Shown here: positions 37,974 to 50,622 of the stretch, one piece after another | How positions within the stretch are numbered: the stretch's first letter is position 1 | How the letters are laid out: each line of letters starts with the position of its first letter | From: an uncultured Bacillota bacterium | Lineage (GTDB): Bacteria; Sysuimicrobiota; Sysuimicrobiia; Sysuimicrobiales; Segetimicrobiaceae | Assembly: GCA_963804645.1 (NCBI GenBank) | Contig: CAWDRG010000017.1 | Span: 224,001 to 288,000, forward strand | DNA length: 64,000 nucleotides | Direction: 5' to 3' | Translations under genes and position numbers: made by a program | Notes under the pieces: model-generated | What the model was told of the DNA's origin: nothing | The model's input: the letters and a program-made list of their open reading frames with translations, nothing else | Database searches by the model: none

Positions 37974-38543
37974 TCATCCGGCGCCCTTGTCCCCGAAGAG
38001 CCGCCGGACCGAATCGCCGACCGCCTTCGCGCCGAGCGACAGCGCGTCGACCGGCTTCGCCTCGGAGGCCTGGGCGGCGCCGCCGCCGCCCGCCTCCAGC
38101 TTGGTCCGCACCGCGGTCGCGAACTGCTGAAAGACGTGGGTGGAGACGCTCTCGATCATCCCGCGGCCCATCTGCGCCAGAATGCCGCTGATGTTGACGT
38201 CGGCAGACACGGTGATCTCGGTGTGTCCGCCGTCGGCGGCCGCGAGGCGGCTGAGCATGCGCATCTCGGCCCCGCCCTTGCCCTTGATATCCTGGCCGCG
38301 GCCGACCGCCTCGACCTCCCAGTGCGCCGCGTCCACGCGCTCGAACCGCACCTGCCCCTTATAGGCCGCGGTGACGGGTCCGACCTTGACCGTCACCGTC
38401 CCCTCGTATGTCTGGTCATCCACCTTCGCGGTGATCGCCGCGCCCGGCAGGCACGCGACCACCTGGTACGGATCAGTCAGGAACGCCCAGACGCGCTCGA
38501 TGGGCGCGGCGACCGTGAACTTCTGCTCGATGTGACTCGCCAT
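37974..38543 (-). CDS. coxG: CO dehydrogenase subunit G (SRPBCC family)
   Basis: VWAFLTDP..ACLPGA, VKVGPV and GILAQMGRGMI motifs; directly downstream of coxL. Confidence 0.88.
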   Translation of the reverse strand: MASHIEQKFTVAAPIERVWAFLTDPYQVVACLPGAAITAKVDDQTYEGTVTVKVGPVTAAYKGQVRFERVDAAHWEVEAVGRGQDIKGKGGAEMRMLSRLAAADGGHTEITVSADVNISGILAQMGRGMIESVSTHVFQQFATAVRTKLEAGGGGAAQASEAKPVDALSLGAKAVGDSVRRLFGDKGAG

Positions 38544-38553
38544 GGGACCGCCT

Positions 38554-40919
<2,366 letters not shown>

Positions 40920-40920
<1 letters not shown>

Positions 40921-41402
40921 CACGCGCCCTCCTGCCGCAGCTTCGCGGCCGCGTACTGGATGGACTTCACGATGTTCACATACCCGGTGCACCGGCAGAG
41001 GTTGCCGGAGATCGCCCAGCGGATGTCGCCCTCGGTGGGGTTGGGCGTCTTCTTGAGAAACGCGTAGCTCGTCATCAGCATCCCGGGCGTGCAGTAGCCG
41101 CACTGGAGGCCGTGCTCCTGCATGAACCCCTCCTGCACGGGATGTAGCTGTCCGTTCTGTTCGAGTCCTTCCACCGTCATGATCGCCCGGCCGTCGGCCT
41201 GGACGGCGAACACGGTGCACGACTTGACCGGCCGCCCGTCGAGGAGCACGGTGCACGCACCGCAGTGCGTCGTGTCGCACCCGATGTGGGTGCCCGTCAG
41301 CCGGAACACTTCCCGCAGCAGATGCACGAGCAGCAGGCGCGACTCCACCTCCGCCTCGCGCGGTTCACCGTTGACCGTCATGTGGACGCGCATCGCGCTC
41401 AC
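40920..41402 (-). CDS. coxS: CO dehydrogenase small [2Fe-2S] subunit
   Basis: [16 protein letters not shown] and NLCRCTGY motifs. Confidence 0.95.
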
Positions 41403-42273
41403 CGCCCTCCGCCCGCGCGGGCCAGTGCCTGGCGCAGCGCGCGCCCCGTCAAGACGCGCACGAGATCCCGCTTGTACTCGACGGAACCCCGCCAGTCTTC
41501 GGTCGGGTCACACTCTGCGGCGGCCAGCCGCGCGGCCTCGGCGATCGCCGCGTCGTCCGGCCGCTTGCCCCGCAGCGACGCCTCCGCGCGTTTGGCTTGG
41601 ATGGGCGTCGCCCCGACGTTCGTCAGGCCGATGCCGACGCGCTCGCATGTCCCGTCCGCCGCGAGCGTCACCTGCACCGCGGCACCCGCGGTCGCGAAGT
41701 CCCCAACCTTTCGCTCCAGCTTTTGGTAGGCGCCGCCGGTCCGGGGTCCCGGCGCGGGCACCCGGATCTCCGTGAGGACCTCGCCGGGGGCGAGCGCCGT
41801 GGTGAACGGGCCCACGAAGAACGTCCCGATCGGCAGCCGCCGCTCCCCCCCGGCCCCACCGCCACGACCTCGGCGCCGAGCGCCAGCATGGTGGCCGGGT
41901 GGTCGTTCGCCGGATCGGCGTGCGCGAGATTCCCGCACACGGTGGCCAGGTTCCGCACCAGAGGATCGGCGATCACCCGGCTCGTGTCGTGCAGGATCGG
42001 ATAGCGCGAGCGCACGAGGTCCGACTCATCCAGATCCGACTCGCGGGCGAGGGCGCCGACCCGGAGCGTGCCGCCGTCTTCGCGCACGTACGCGAGTCCC
42101 GGCACGCGATTGATGTCGATGATGTGTTGGGGCGAGGCCAGGCGCAGCTTCATCAGCGGGATCAGGCTCTGTCCGCCCGAGAGGATCTTCGCGTCGTCTC
42201 CGTACTGCACCAGCAAGGCCGAGGCTTCCGTGATCGTTGCGGGGACATGGTACGTGAACGTAGCGGGGATCAA
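41399..42273 (-). CDS. coxM: CO dehydrogenase FAD subunit, frameshifted in a 7-base homopolymer (41845-41851)
   Basis: TTG start after [20 protein letters not shown] and [12 protein letters not shown] in one frame, [10 protein letters not shown] and GSVEYK in the other. One extra G restores the reading frame. Confidence 0.9.
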
Positions 42274-42380
42274 TCGTCGCCTCCTCTCATCAGAAAACCC
42301 GGCGGGCATGAGATCCGGCGCTTCGAGGCGCCGCCAGCATGCAGTCTCGCGGCACAAGAGCAAACGACGAACTGAGGTCA

Positions 42381-42408
42381 ATTATACGCCCGCCCAATTC
42401 CGTGTCAA
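42381..42408 (-). promoter_or_regulatory. Consensus sigma70 promoter of the cox operon
   Basis: TTGACA (42408-42403), 16-bp spacer, TATAAT (42386-42381). Confidence 0.8.
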
Positions 42409-42605
42409 CGCCACGAACGGTTGTGTGCCCTCCGGCACACCTCCGGGCCGGATCTCCGGCGCTCTCCCCTCAGTGCCGCCGCGCGCCGCCCCACCAAAGG
42501 GGACGCCGCGGTCCCGCAAGAAAGAGACGGGGTCGGCGCCGTCTCGCCACCCGCATGCCGGCGCCGAGGATGATCCGAGACCGCGACATTCTCAGGAGGC
42601 ACTCT

Positions 42606-43910
42606 GTGACGAAATCGATACGCCGATGGATCGTGGCTCTGCTCGCACTCGCGCTCGTCCTCCCCGCCGTCTGGACGGCGCCGGCCAGCGCCGCCCTCGA
42701 GCTCACCTTCTACTATCCAGTCGCCGTCTCAGGCCCGCTCGCGACACTCATGAACGGGATGGTTGATGACTTCAACCGCCTCCGTCCCGGCGTGCACGTG
42801 ACCCCGGTGTTCTCGGGAGACTACTACCAGGCGATGACGAAGGCCCAGACCGCGATCATGGGCGGGCAGCCGCCGGACGTCGCCGTCCTGCTCTCGTCGG
42901 ACCTGTTTACCCTGCTCGACATGGATGCGATCATCCCGCTCGACCGCTTCATTCAGGCGTCCGGCGGCGACCGGTTCCGCCAGGACGTCCCCGAGGCATT
43001 CTGGCTGAACTCGCGGATCGGGACCACCACCTACGCGATCCCGTTCCAGCGAAGCACGATCATCCTGTACTACAACCAGGACGCGTTCCAGAAGGCCGGG
43101 CTCGATCCGACCAAACCCCCGAAGAACTGGAACGAGTTGGCCCAGGACGCCCAGAAGCTGACCCTTCGGGACGCCGGCGGCAACACCACCCAGTGGGGGG
43201 TGGGCATTCCGACCTCGGGGCTGACCTACTGGCTGTTCCAGGGGTTCGTGGCGGAGGGCGGACAGAACAGGATGGCCAACGCGGACGGCACGGAGGTCTA
43301 CTTCGACACCCCGCAGGCGCATCAGGCCCTGGCCTACTGGCAGCAGCTGCAGGCGATGAAGGCCGAGCCGCAGGGGATCACCACGTGGGAGACGCTGCCG
43401 ACGCAGTTCGTCGCGGGCCAGTTCGCGATGATCTACCATACCACGGGGAGCCTGACGTTCATCCTCAACAACGCGAAGTTCAAGGTCGGCACCGCGTTCA
43501 TGCCCGCGGGCAGGCGGTACGGAACGCCGACGGGCGGCGGCAATCTGTACATCTTCAAAGGGACGTCGCCCGAGCGGCAGCAGGCCTCGTGGGAGTTTGT
43601 CCAGTGGATGACCGCGCCCCAGCAGGTGGCACGGTGGAGTCAGGCGTCCGGCTACGTGGCGGTCCGCAAGTCGGCGCTCGGCGTCGACGTCTACCGGCAG
43701 TACGTGGAGAAGGTACCGCAGGCGCTCACGGCGGGCCAGCAGCTCGAGTACGCGCAGGCGGAACTGTCGACGCACTCAAGCGGCCAGATCCAGAACTTTC
43801 TCTCGAACGATCTGCAGGCCGTGTTGATTGGACGGATGACCCCGGACGCGGCGCTCAAGGACGCGACCCAGCAGGCGAACCGGGTCCTGACACCGTTTCG
43901 GAAGAAATAG
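42606..43910 (+). CDS. UgpB-like (family 1) ABC substrate-binding protein, orphan
   Basis: AGGAGG RBS, signal peptide, YAIPFQRSTIILYYNQDAF, PPKNWNE and PTGGGN motifs. Confidence 0.88.
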   Translation: MTKSIRRWIVALLALALVLPAVWTAPASAALELTFYYPVAVSGPLATLMNGMVDDFNRLRPGVHVTPVFSGDYYQAMTKAQTAIMGGQPPDVAVLLSSDLFTLLDMDAIIPLDRFIQASGGDRFRQDVPEAFWLNSRIGTTTYAIPFQRSTIILYYNQDAFQKAGLDPTKPPKNWNELAQDAQKLTLRDAGGNTTQWGVGIPTSGLTYWLFQGFVAEGGQNRMANADGTEVYFDTPQAHQALAYWQQLQAMKAEPQGITTWETLPTQFVAGQFAMIYHTTGSLTFILNNAKFKVGTAFMPAGRRYGTPTGGGNLYIFKGTSPERQQASWEFVQWMTAPQQVARWSQASGYVAVRKSALGVDVYRQYVEKVPQALTAGQQLEYAQAELSTHSSGQIQNFLSNDLQAVLIGRMTPDAALKDATQQANRVLTPFRKK

Positions 43911-43978
43911 CGTGGAGTCGACCCGGGACGGCGCCCGTGTCGCGCGCCGTCCCGGGCGCGCACGCACCGGAGGGATCC

Positions 43979-44368
43979 ATGGACGCATCGCGATCGACAC
44001 GCCGCGTTCGCGCGCGAACGAGCCGCTGGCTGCCGCTCCCCTTTGCCCTCCTCGTGATCGCCGGGTCGTGGAGCATCGCGGCGGCCGATAACCTGCCGAT
44101 GAAGCTGATCTCGCCCGACGTCAAGCAGCCCCAGCCGCTCAACGCCACCTTCGATCTCAAGGTCCAGACCGAGCCGAACGCCGAGTGCACCGGCTCCATC
44201 AGCAACCCGTTCAACCGCACGCTCACGCTGCCGAAGCAGACCGCCGACTCCGATGGGTACGTCGTGTGGTCGGTGGAGACGGGCGGCGAGAGCGGCCCGC
44301 GCAGCGCGTGGGTCACCTGCGACCTTAACGGCAGGAAAGGATCGCTCGCCTTCGCCTACCGGCAGTAA
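43979..44368 (+). CDS. Small exported hypothetical protein
   Basis: GGAGGG RBS, signal peptide ending AAA-D, and a beta-rich domain with two Cys (NAEC, WVTC). Confidence 0.65.
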   Translation: MDASRSTRRVRARTSRWLPLPFALLVIAGSWSIAAADNLPMKLISPDVKQPQPLNATFDLKVQTEPNAECTGSISNPFNRTLTLPKQTADSDGYVVWSVETGGESGPRSAWVTCDLNGRKGSLAFAYRQ

Positions 44369-44435
44369 CGCGCGATTCGCGTGGGCGCGCGATCGCGGAC
44401 CGCGGGGCGCACCTCCGCCCCTTCCCCGCCGCGCC

Positions 44436-46214
44436 TCAGCGGGTCAGCAGGCTCGACACCGCCCACGCATAGCTGCCCGTCACCCGGACGTCCACCACGC
44501 ACGCCGTGCCCTGCCGGACCACGTCCACCGCCTCCGTCAGCGCATCGATGAGCCGCTCCGCCCGATCGACGGGGCCCACGGCCGCAACGCCCATCCCGCG
44601 GGCCAGCAGCGCCAGATCGGGCTCCGGATCGGCGATGCGCTGCCCGATCCAGCGGTTTTCGACCGGCCGGCCCCGCTCCTTCGCCACCCGCTCCTGATGC
44701 AGTTCATCATTGAGGTACGAGTTGTTGTTCGCTACCACCACGAGCACGGGGATACGTGCGTTCGCTGCGGTCCAGAGGGCCGAGAGCCCCATGAGATAGT
44801 CGCCGTCTCCGAGGACGGCCACGGGCAGCCTCCCCGTGCGCCGAAGCGCGAGCGCGGCTCCGACGGCGATCCCGGGGCCGGAGCCGATACCGCCGCCTCC
44901 GTCGTACCCGATGTAGTCGAGCGGGTGCCGAAACTGCCAGGCGCCGACCGGCCATCCGGTGGGGAGGCGCAACAGCGAGACGGGCTGCCCCGCGGTGGCC
45001 TCGCGCAGTGCGTGGGCCAACCAGGCGTTCGTGATGGGGCCGGGACCCGGGTCCACGGCCTGCGGCGGCTTCGGCGCCGCGGCTGAGGGACGCGCGGGCC
45101 CCCCGCGCGCCCGGAGGGCGTCCAGCAGCGGCGCCACCACCGCGTCCGGCGCGCACAGGAAATAGAGATCGGCGGGAGCGAGGCTCTGGTGGTCCATGCT
45201 CCACCCGTTGTGCACCGTCTGATCCATCGACGCCTGAATGATCCGGGCGTCGACGTCCTCGGCGCCCCACGCCTGCCTGAGTGTCCCGCCCAAATCCAGC
45301 CAATCGAGGCTCAGCACGACGTCGGCCGACCTCAACACCGCGGCGGCCTCGGCCGACGGGAACAAGCCCGACGCGGGTCCGTGCAGCGGGTGGTCCGTGG
45401 GAAAGGCGGCGCCGACTCTCCCATCCGTGAGCACCGTCGCCCCCAGGTGCTCGGCCAGCGCCACGCGGTCTCGCCAGTCGTCCTCGCTCCGGGAGACGCG
45501 GCCCATCAGGATCACCGGGCGCTTCGCCTGCACCAGCCACTCCGCGGCGCGAGCCAGCTGCTCCGGCGCGGGCTGGGCCGGCGCAGGCGCGCGGAACCGT
45601 TCGACGTCCGGCGTGCGCGGCGCGGCGTCAAGCTTGGTCTCCTGCAGTCCGGCGTCCAGGCACACATATACCGGGCCGTGCGGGGGGGTCGTCGCAATCT
45701 GCGCCGCGCGCATCACCGACTCCTGCGCGGCCGCGATCGACGAGGGCTGATCGTCCCATTTCACATAGTGGCGCACGAGTGCGCCCTGGTCGCGCGCCGT
45801 GTGAATCCAATCGACCCACGGCCGGCGTTTGGTCTCATCCAACGGGCCCGTCGCGCCCAGGACGATCACCGGCATCCGATCGCACCAGGCGTCGAAGATG
45901 GCCATCGTGGCGTGCATCAGTCCGACGTTGGCGTGCACGATCACCACGAGCGGCTGGCCTGTCACCTTCGCCCAGCCGTGGGCGATCGCCACCGCGTGCT
46001 CCTCGTGCAGACACAAGAGCATTTGCGGCGTGCGGTTGCCGAGGTAATTCACCACGCTGTCATGCAGCCCTCGAAAGCTGGAGCCCGGCACGAGACAGAT
46101 GTAGGGGAGCGCGAGGGCCCGCAGCGCGTCTGCGACGGCGTCGCTGCCCCACACGCCCTGCCCGCGGCTCCGCGCCGCATCGTCCCCCGCCCTCGCTGAT
46201 CTCACGGCATCCAT
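44436..46214 (-). CDS. Thiamine pyrophosphate-dependent enzyme (ALS/decarboxylase-like)
   Basis: PGSSFRGLHDS, CLHEEHA and the TPP motif GDGD..NNNSY. Confidence 0.9.
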   Translation of the reverse strand: MDAVRSARAGDDAARSRGQGVWGSDAVADALRALALPYICLVPGSSFRGLHDSVVNYLGNRTPQMLLCLHEEHAVAIAHGWAKVTGQPLVVIVHANVGLMHATMAIFDAWCDRMPVIVLGATGPLDETKRRPWVDWIHTARDQGALVRHYVKWDDQPSSIAAAQESVMRAAQIATTPPHGPVYVCLDAGLQETKLDAAPRTPDVERFRAPAPAQPAPEQLARAAEWLVQAKRPVILMGRVSRSEDDWRDRVALAEHLGATVLTDGRVGAAFPTDHPLHGPASGLFPSAEAAAVLRSADVVLSLDWLDLGGTLRQAWGAEDVDARIIQASMDQTVHNGWSMDHQSLAPADLYFLCAPDAVVAPLLDALRARGGPARPSAAAPKPPQAVDPGPGPITNAWLAHALREATAGQPVSLLRLPTGWPVGAWQFRHPLDYIGYDGGGGIGSGPGIAVGAALALRRTGRLPVAVLGDGDYLMGLSALWTAANARIPVLVVVANNNSYLNDELHQERVAKERGRPVENRWIGQRIADPEPDLALLARGMGVAAVGPVDRAERLIDALTEAVDVVRQGTACVVDVRVTGSYAWAVSSLLTR

Positions 46215-46308
46215 CCGATGCACCCCCCCGCCGTCCGTGGCTCGGACGCGATCTCCGACTGGCTTTCCAGCGCGTGCACGCACGGCCGCGGCCGGTCCGT
46301 GCCAGTCC

Positions 46309-48639
46309 TCACACCCGATCGGGACCCGCGGCGCGCTGTACGGCCGCCCATATTCGCTCCGGCCCCGCCGGCATGTCGAGCGCGCGCACCCCGAGCGGCC
46401 GCAGCGCGTCGAACACCGCGTTCATCACCGCCGCGGGCGCACCCACGGTGCCGGCCTCTCCGACCCCCTTCGCACCGAGCGGGTTGACGGGGGTCGGCGT
46501 CACGGTGTAACTCAATTCAAACGGCGGCATGTCGGCCGCTCTGGGGACGGCGTAGTCCATGAACGTGGACGTCAGGCACTGCCCGGCCTCGTCGTAGACG
46601 ATCTCTTCCCGCAGCGCCTCGGCGACTCCCTGCGCGATGCCGCCGTGCAGCTGCCCTTCAAGGAGGAGCGGCGACAGGACGTTGCCCACATCATCGACCC
46701 CGATGAATCGGCGCACCTGCACCTGCCCGGTCTCACGCGCGACCTCCACGATCGCGATGTAGGCGCCGAACGGCACGGTAAAGTCAGGCGAGTCCCATGT
46801 GCACGCCGCTTCTAAGCCCGGCTCGACGCCGGGAGGCAGCTTGGCGCCCCGGTGCGCCTCCTGCGCCACGGCCTGGAACGACAGCGATTGTGCGGGCGCC
46901 CCCCGCACCTGCAGCCGCCCGTCCTCGAAGACGACGTCCTCGAACGCCGCCTCAAGCAGGTGCGCGGCGATCCGGCGCGCCTTCGCCTTCACCGACTGGA
47001 TGGCCTCGTGCACCGCCGCGCCCCCGACGCATGTCCCGCGGCTTCCGCCGGTTCCGAAGCCGCGGGGCACGACGGCGGTGTCACCGTGCAGTACCGTGAC
47101 GTCGTCGATCCCGATCCCGAGCCCGTCGGCGACCATCTGCGCGAACGTGGTCTCCTGTCCCTGTCCGTGCGGGGAGGTGCCGGTGAGTACGACGACGTGG
47201 CCGGACGGCTCGACGCGGACACTCCCGTACTCCCAGCCCGGGTACGGCATCGCGCGCGACGGTCCGCTGCCGGCCGTCTCGACAAAGGTCGCGAGCCCGA
47301 TGCCCACCAGCCTGCCTTCACCGCGCGCCCGCGCCTGCGACGCACGACAGGCGTCGTAGTCCGCGGCCGCCAAGGCACGCGCGAACGTGAACGCGTACCG
47401 TCCGGTGTCGTAGGTGATCCCGGACGGCACCCGGTAGGGAAACTCCTCGGGCCGGATAAAGTTCCGGCGGCGAATCTCCGCCGGGTCGAGCCCCAACGCG
47501 TCCGCGGCAAGATCTGCGAGACGCTCGATCAGGTACGCCGCCTCCGGCCGCCCCGCGCCCCGATACGCGGCGGTGGGGGTTTTGTGCGTGTAGACGCCCC
47601 GCACGGTGACGCTGGCCGCCGGGATCCGGTAGGCGCCGGTGACCAGCCGTCCCGCGAGCAGCGGCGGGCTCGCGGTGAACGTCTCCGGATAAGCCCCGAG
47701 GTCGGCCACCCCCTGCATCCGGATCGCCAGGAACGTGCCGTCCGCCCCGACCGCGAGGGACGCCTCGTGCACCTGGGCGCGACCGTGCGCCGTGGCGAGA
47801 AAGCTCTCGCTCCGCGTCTCCACCCACTTGACCGGGCGGCCGAGCCGGAGCGCCGCGCTGACGGTGACGATCTCGTCGTCGTACAGCAGCGTCTTGCAGC
47901 CGAAGCTGCCGCCGACCTCCGGCGCGATGACGCGAATGCGGTGCTCGGGCAGACCGAACACGACGGACAGATCGGCCCGCATGGTGTGCGGCAGCTGGGT
48001 GGAGATCCACACGGTCAGCTGGGTCCCGTCGTAGCGTGCCATGCAGCCGCGGGGCTCCATCGGGGCCGCGGCCACGCGCGGGTGCACGAAGCGCCCGTGC
48101 ACCACCTGCGCCGCGTCCCGGAACGCCCCCTCCACGTCCCCGGCCGCCCAGGCGTGCTCGAACGCCAGGTTTGACTCGAGCCGCGGATGCACGCGAGGCG
48201 CGCCCGGCTCTAGAGCACGCTCCGGATCGACGACAGGGGCCAGCGGCTCGTACTCCACCTCCACCAGCGCGGCGGCGTCCCGGGCGCGGTACTCATCGGT
48301 GGCGACCACGGCCGCCACCGGCTGTCCGACGTAGCACACCACGTCCTGCGCGAGGGGCGTGTGCGGCACCACGTCGAGCCCGGCCGGTCGAATGGCAATC
48401 GGTTTGGGCGTGAGGGAGGCAAGGTCCGCTCCCGTCAGCACCGCCGCCACGCCGGGGGCGGCTGCGGCGGGGTCGACCCTCACGCGCACCAGACGCGCGT
48501 GCGCGTGAGGGCTGCGTATGAAGACCAGGTGGAGCAGGCCCGCGGCCCGCAGGTCCCCCACGTACTGCGCGTGGCCGCGCAAGAAGCGCGGGTCCTCCAC
48601 GCGCTTGACGCGGGCTCCGACGAACCGCGGCGCGGGCAT
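46309..48639 (-). CDS. Xanthine dehydrogenase family molybdopterin-binding subunit (form II CoxL-like), with no adjacent S/M genes
   Basis: KRVEDPRFLRG, GGSFGCK, AYRGAGR, HGQGQET and KGVGEAG motifs. Confidence 0.92.
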   Translation of the reverse strand: MPAPRFVGARVKRVEDPRFLRGHAQYVGDLRAAGLLHLVFIRSPHAHARLVRVRVDPAAAAPGVAAVLTGADLASLTPKPIAIRPAGLDVVPHTPLAQDVVCYVGQPVAAVVATDEYRARDAAALVEVEYEPLAPVVDPERALEPGAPRVHPRLESNLAFEHAWAAGDVEGAFRDAAQVVHGRFVHPRVAAAPMEPRGCMARYDGTQLTVWISTQLPHTMRADLSVVFGLPEHRIRVIAPEVGGSFGCKTLLYDDEIVTVSAALRLGRPVKWVETRSESFLATAHGRAQVHEASLAVGADGTFLAIRMQGVADLGAYPETFTASPPLLAGRLVTGAYRIPAASVTVRGVYTHKTPTAAYRGAGRPEAAYLIERLADLAADALGLDPAEIRRRNFIRPEEFPYRVPSGITYDTGRYAFTFARALAAADYDACRASQARARGEGRLVGIGLATFVETAGSGPSRAMPYPGWEYGSVRVEPSGHVVVLTGTSPHGQGQETTFAQMVADGLGIGIDDVTVLHGDTAVVPRGFGTGGSRGTCVGGAAVHEAIQSVKAKARRIAAHLLEAAFEDVVFEDGRLQVRGAPAQSLSFQAVAQEAHRGAKLPPGVEPGLEAACTWDSPDFTVPFGAYIAIVEVARETGQVQVRRFIGVDDVGNVLSPLLLEGQLHGGIAQGVAEALREEIVYDEAGQCLTSTFMDYAVPRAADMPPFELSYTVTPTPVNPLGAKGVGEAGTVGAPAAVMNAVFDALRPLGVRALDMPAGPERIWAAVQRAAGPDRV

Positions 48640-48747
48640 GCGGACTAACCCACGCCCCCCGCCGCTCGTGTCCTCACGCAGTGATCACGCGCCGCAGGCG
48701 CGAGCAACCGGCTGGACCACGACATGCACGCACCGTCGGCGATCCCC

Positions 48748-49773
48748 CTACTGCGGGAACAGGTTCTTGGTCTGCAGGTACGTCGGCAAGAACGATTGGT
48801 TCACGATCGGCTGGAGGGGCACATCGCCCTTCACCACGCCGATGAGCTGTTCCGCGTGGATGATATTTTGAATCCCCGCGACGTAGATTTTTCCGGCGCC
48901 GAAGTACGGGATGGGCCCGACGCCACCGTGCGTGATCAGTCCCCGAATCACACGCTCCATGACGTCGGTATCGACGTTCCACACGGGCGCGGCGATCTTC
49001 GCGGCTTCCGCCGGATTGGCGATGATGAACTGGATCGCCCTCGCCCGCGCACGGATGACCGCCCGCAGCTGATCCCCGTCCTGCATCACATGCGTTTCGG
49101 TCGTGAACCCCTGGACGTTGGCCATCACCGGGAGGACCTGGTTCGCGGTGGCCAGCGCGCGGTACCGTCCCGGCTTCGCGGAAAACAGCGGTTCGACAAT
49201 CGTCGCGACGTCTACCCCACCGTGCTCGAGCGCCGTCAGCTCCTGCGGGAACCCTCCCGCCGCGACCAGCGTCACGTCTTCGGGCTTCATTTTCAGCTGC
49301 TCCAGCATCAAGTACACCAGCGCCTGAGTGGCCGACAAGGGCGTCGTGAAGGCGATGCGCTTGCCCTTGATGTCGTTAAGGCTCTTGATGGGCGAGTTCG
49401 GCATGGTGACCCAGATGACGTCGCCCATCGTATTGATATTGCCGCTGATGATGCGCAGGTTCGCCCCCTGCGCGTTGGCGGCGATGACGGGGATCGGACT
49501 GGACTCCCCATACAACAGGTTCCCGGCCATGAGGGTCCGGACCACGTCCGATCCCACGGCGCTCTGCACCGTGACGTCAAGGCCCTCGTCCTTAAAGTAG
49601 CCCTTCGCCGCGATCACCGCGTACGGAATCGAGCCCGGCGACACCCCGTACCCCGATACCACGATCTGGATGCTCGTCGCCGCCTTCAACTGGGCGGGAG
49701 CCCCAATCAGTGCCACGCACAGACACGCGCACACGAGCACGCCCCACCACCGTAGCCGTCGACCCGTCATCAT
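48748..49773 (-). CDS. NitT/TauT (NMT1/SsuA-type) ABC substrate-binding protein
   Basis: Signal peptide, KGYFKDEGLDV and SPIKSLNDIKGKRIA motifs. Confidence 0.88.
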   Translation of the reverse strand: MMTGRRLRWWGVLVCACLCVALIGAPAQLKAATSIQIVVSGYGVSPGSIPYAVIAAKGYFKDEGLDVTVQSAVGSDVVRTLMAGNLLYGESSPIPVIAANAQGANLRIISGNINTMGDVIWVTMPNSPIKSLNDIKGKRIAFTTPLSATQALVYLMLEQLKMKPEDVTLVAAGGFPQELTALEHGGVDVATIVEPLFSAKPGRYRALATANQVLPVMANVQGFTTETHVMQDGDQLRAVIRARARAIQFIIANPAEAAKIAAPVWNVDTDVMERVIRGLITHGGVGPIPYFGAGKIYVAGIQNIIHAEQLIGVVKGDVPLQPIVNQSFLPTYLQTKNLFPQ

Positions 49774-49845
49774 CGTCCCTCCTCTGAAAGTTCATTTGAA
49801 GCGGTCTCACGCCTTCGGATCCGCCCACGCTTTCTCTGCCTCCGT

Positions 49846-50622
49846 TCACGAGTCGGTTGCGTGACCGTACGCACGATGTTCCACCCACACCACCACGGTG
49901 TTCAGCAGCGCGGCGAAGACCACGATGAGCAGCGTCAGCGACATGATGCGCGGCACCTGGTTCAGCTGCATCGCGGTGATGAGCAGGTGCCCGACCCCGG
50001 CGTGCGCCGCGAACATCTCGCTGAGCAGGGTCCCGATGAACGTCAAGGACAGCCCGATGCGGAGACCGGTCAAGATCTCGGGCAGCGCCGCGGGAAACGC
50101 GATCGTCTGCATCAGCTGCCACGCGGTAAGGTCGAAGCTCCGCCCCATCTTCAGGTAGATCGGCTTGACGTGCGCCACCGCGTGCATGGTAAAGATCATG
50201 ATCGGCAGCACCCCGTTAAGCACGCCGAACGCGACCACCGGGGCGAGCCCGAGCCCCAGCGAAAGCAGAATGACGGGATAAAACACGATCTTCGGAACCG
50301 AGTAGAGCGCGACGAGCACCGGATCCGCCGCGTCTCCGGCGAGCCGGTGGACGCCGAGCAGCACGCCCGCCGGCACCCCGACGCAGGCGGAGATGAGCGC
50401 CGCGAGCCCGAACGCGTCCAGCGTCGCCCGTACGTTGGGCCAGAAATCGGGCGCCAACATCAACCGGACGGCGTAGCCGATCGTCGCGAGCGGCGGCGTC
50501 ATGGCGACGTCCCCGGCCATCTCGTAGAATGCCTGCCAGACGAGCCCCAGCACAAGGATCAAGACGAGCACGTCGGCGACACGGCTGTCCCCGCGGCGGC
50601 GCGAGTCCGCGACGACGCTCAT
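49846..50622 (-). CDS. NitT/TauT ABC permease
   Basis: YSVPKIVFYP, PAALPEILTGLR and EMF..GVG motifs. Confidence 0.9.
   Translation of the reverse strand: MSVVADSRRRGDSRVADVLVLILVLGLVWQAFYEMAGDVAMTPPLATIGYAVRLMLAPDFWPNVRATLDAFGLAALISACVGVPAGVLLGVHRLAGDAADPVLVALYSVPKIVFYPVILLSLGLGLAPVVAFGVLNGVLPIMIFTMHAVAHVKPIYLKMGRSFDLTAWQLMQTIAFPAALPEILTGLRIGLSLTFIGTLLSEMFAAHAGVGHLLITAMQLNQVPRIMSLTLLIVVFAALLNTVVVWVEHRAYGHATDS

Noticed and set aside
42274..42375. Moco riboswitch in the cox leader
   Set aside because: A hairpin is possible, but I could not see the conserved Moco motif elements.
46309..48639. Second true CO dehydrogenase
   Set aside because: The AYRGAGR motif lacks the Cu-binding Cys, so this is a generic Mo hydroxylase.
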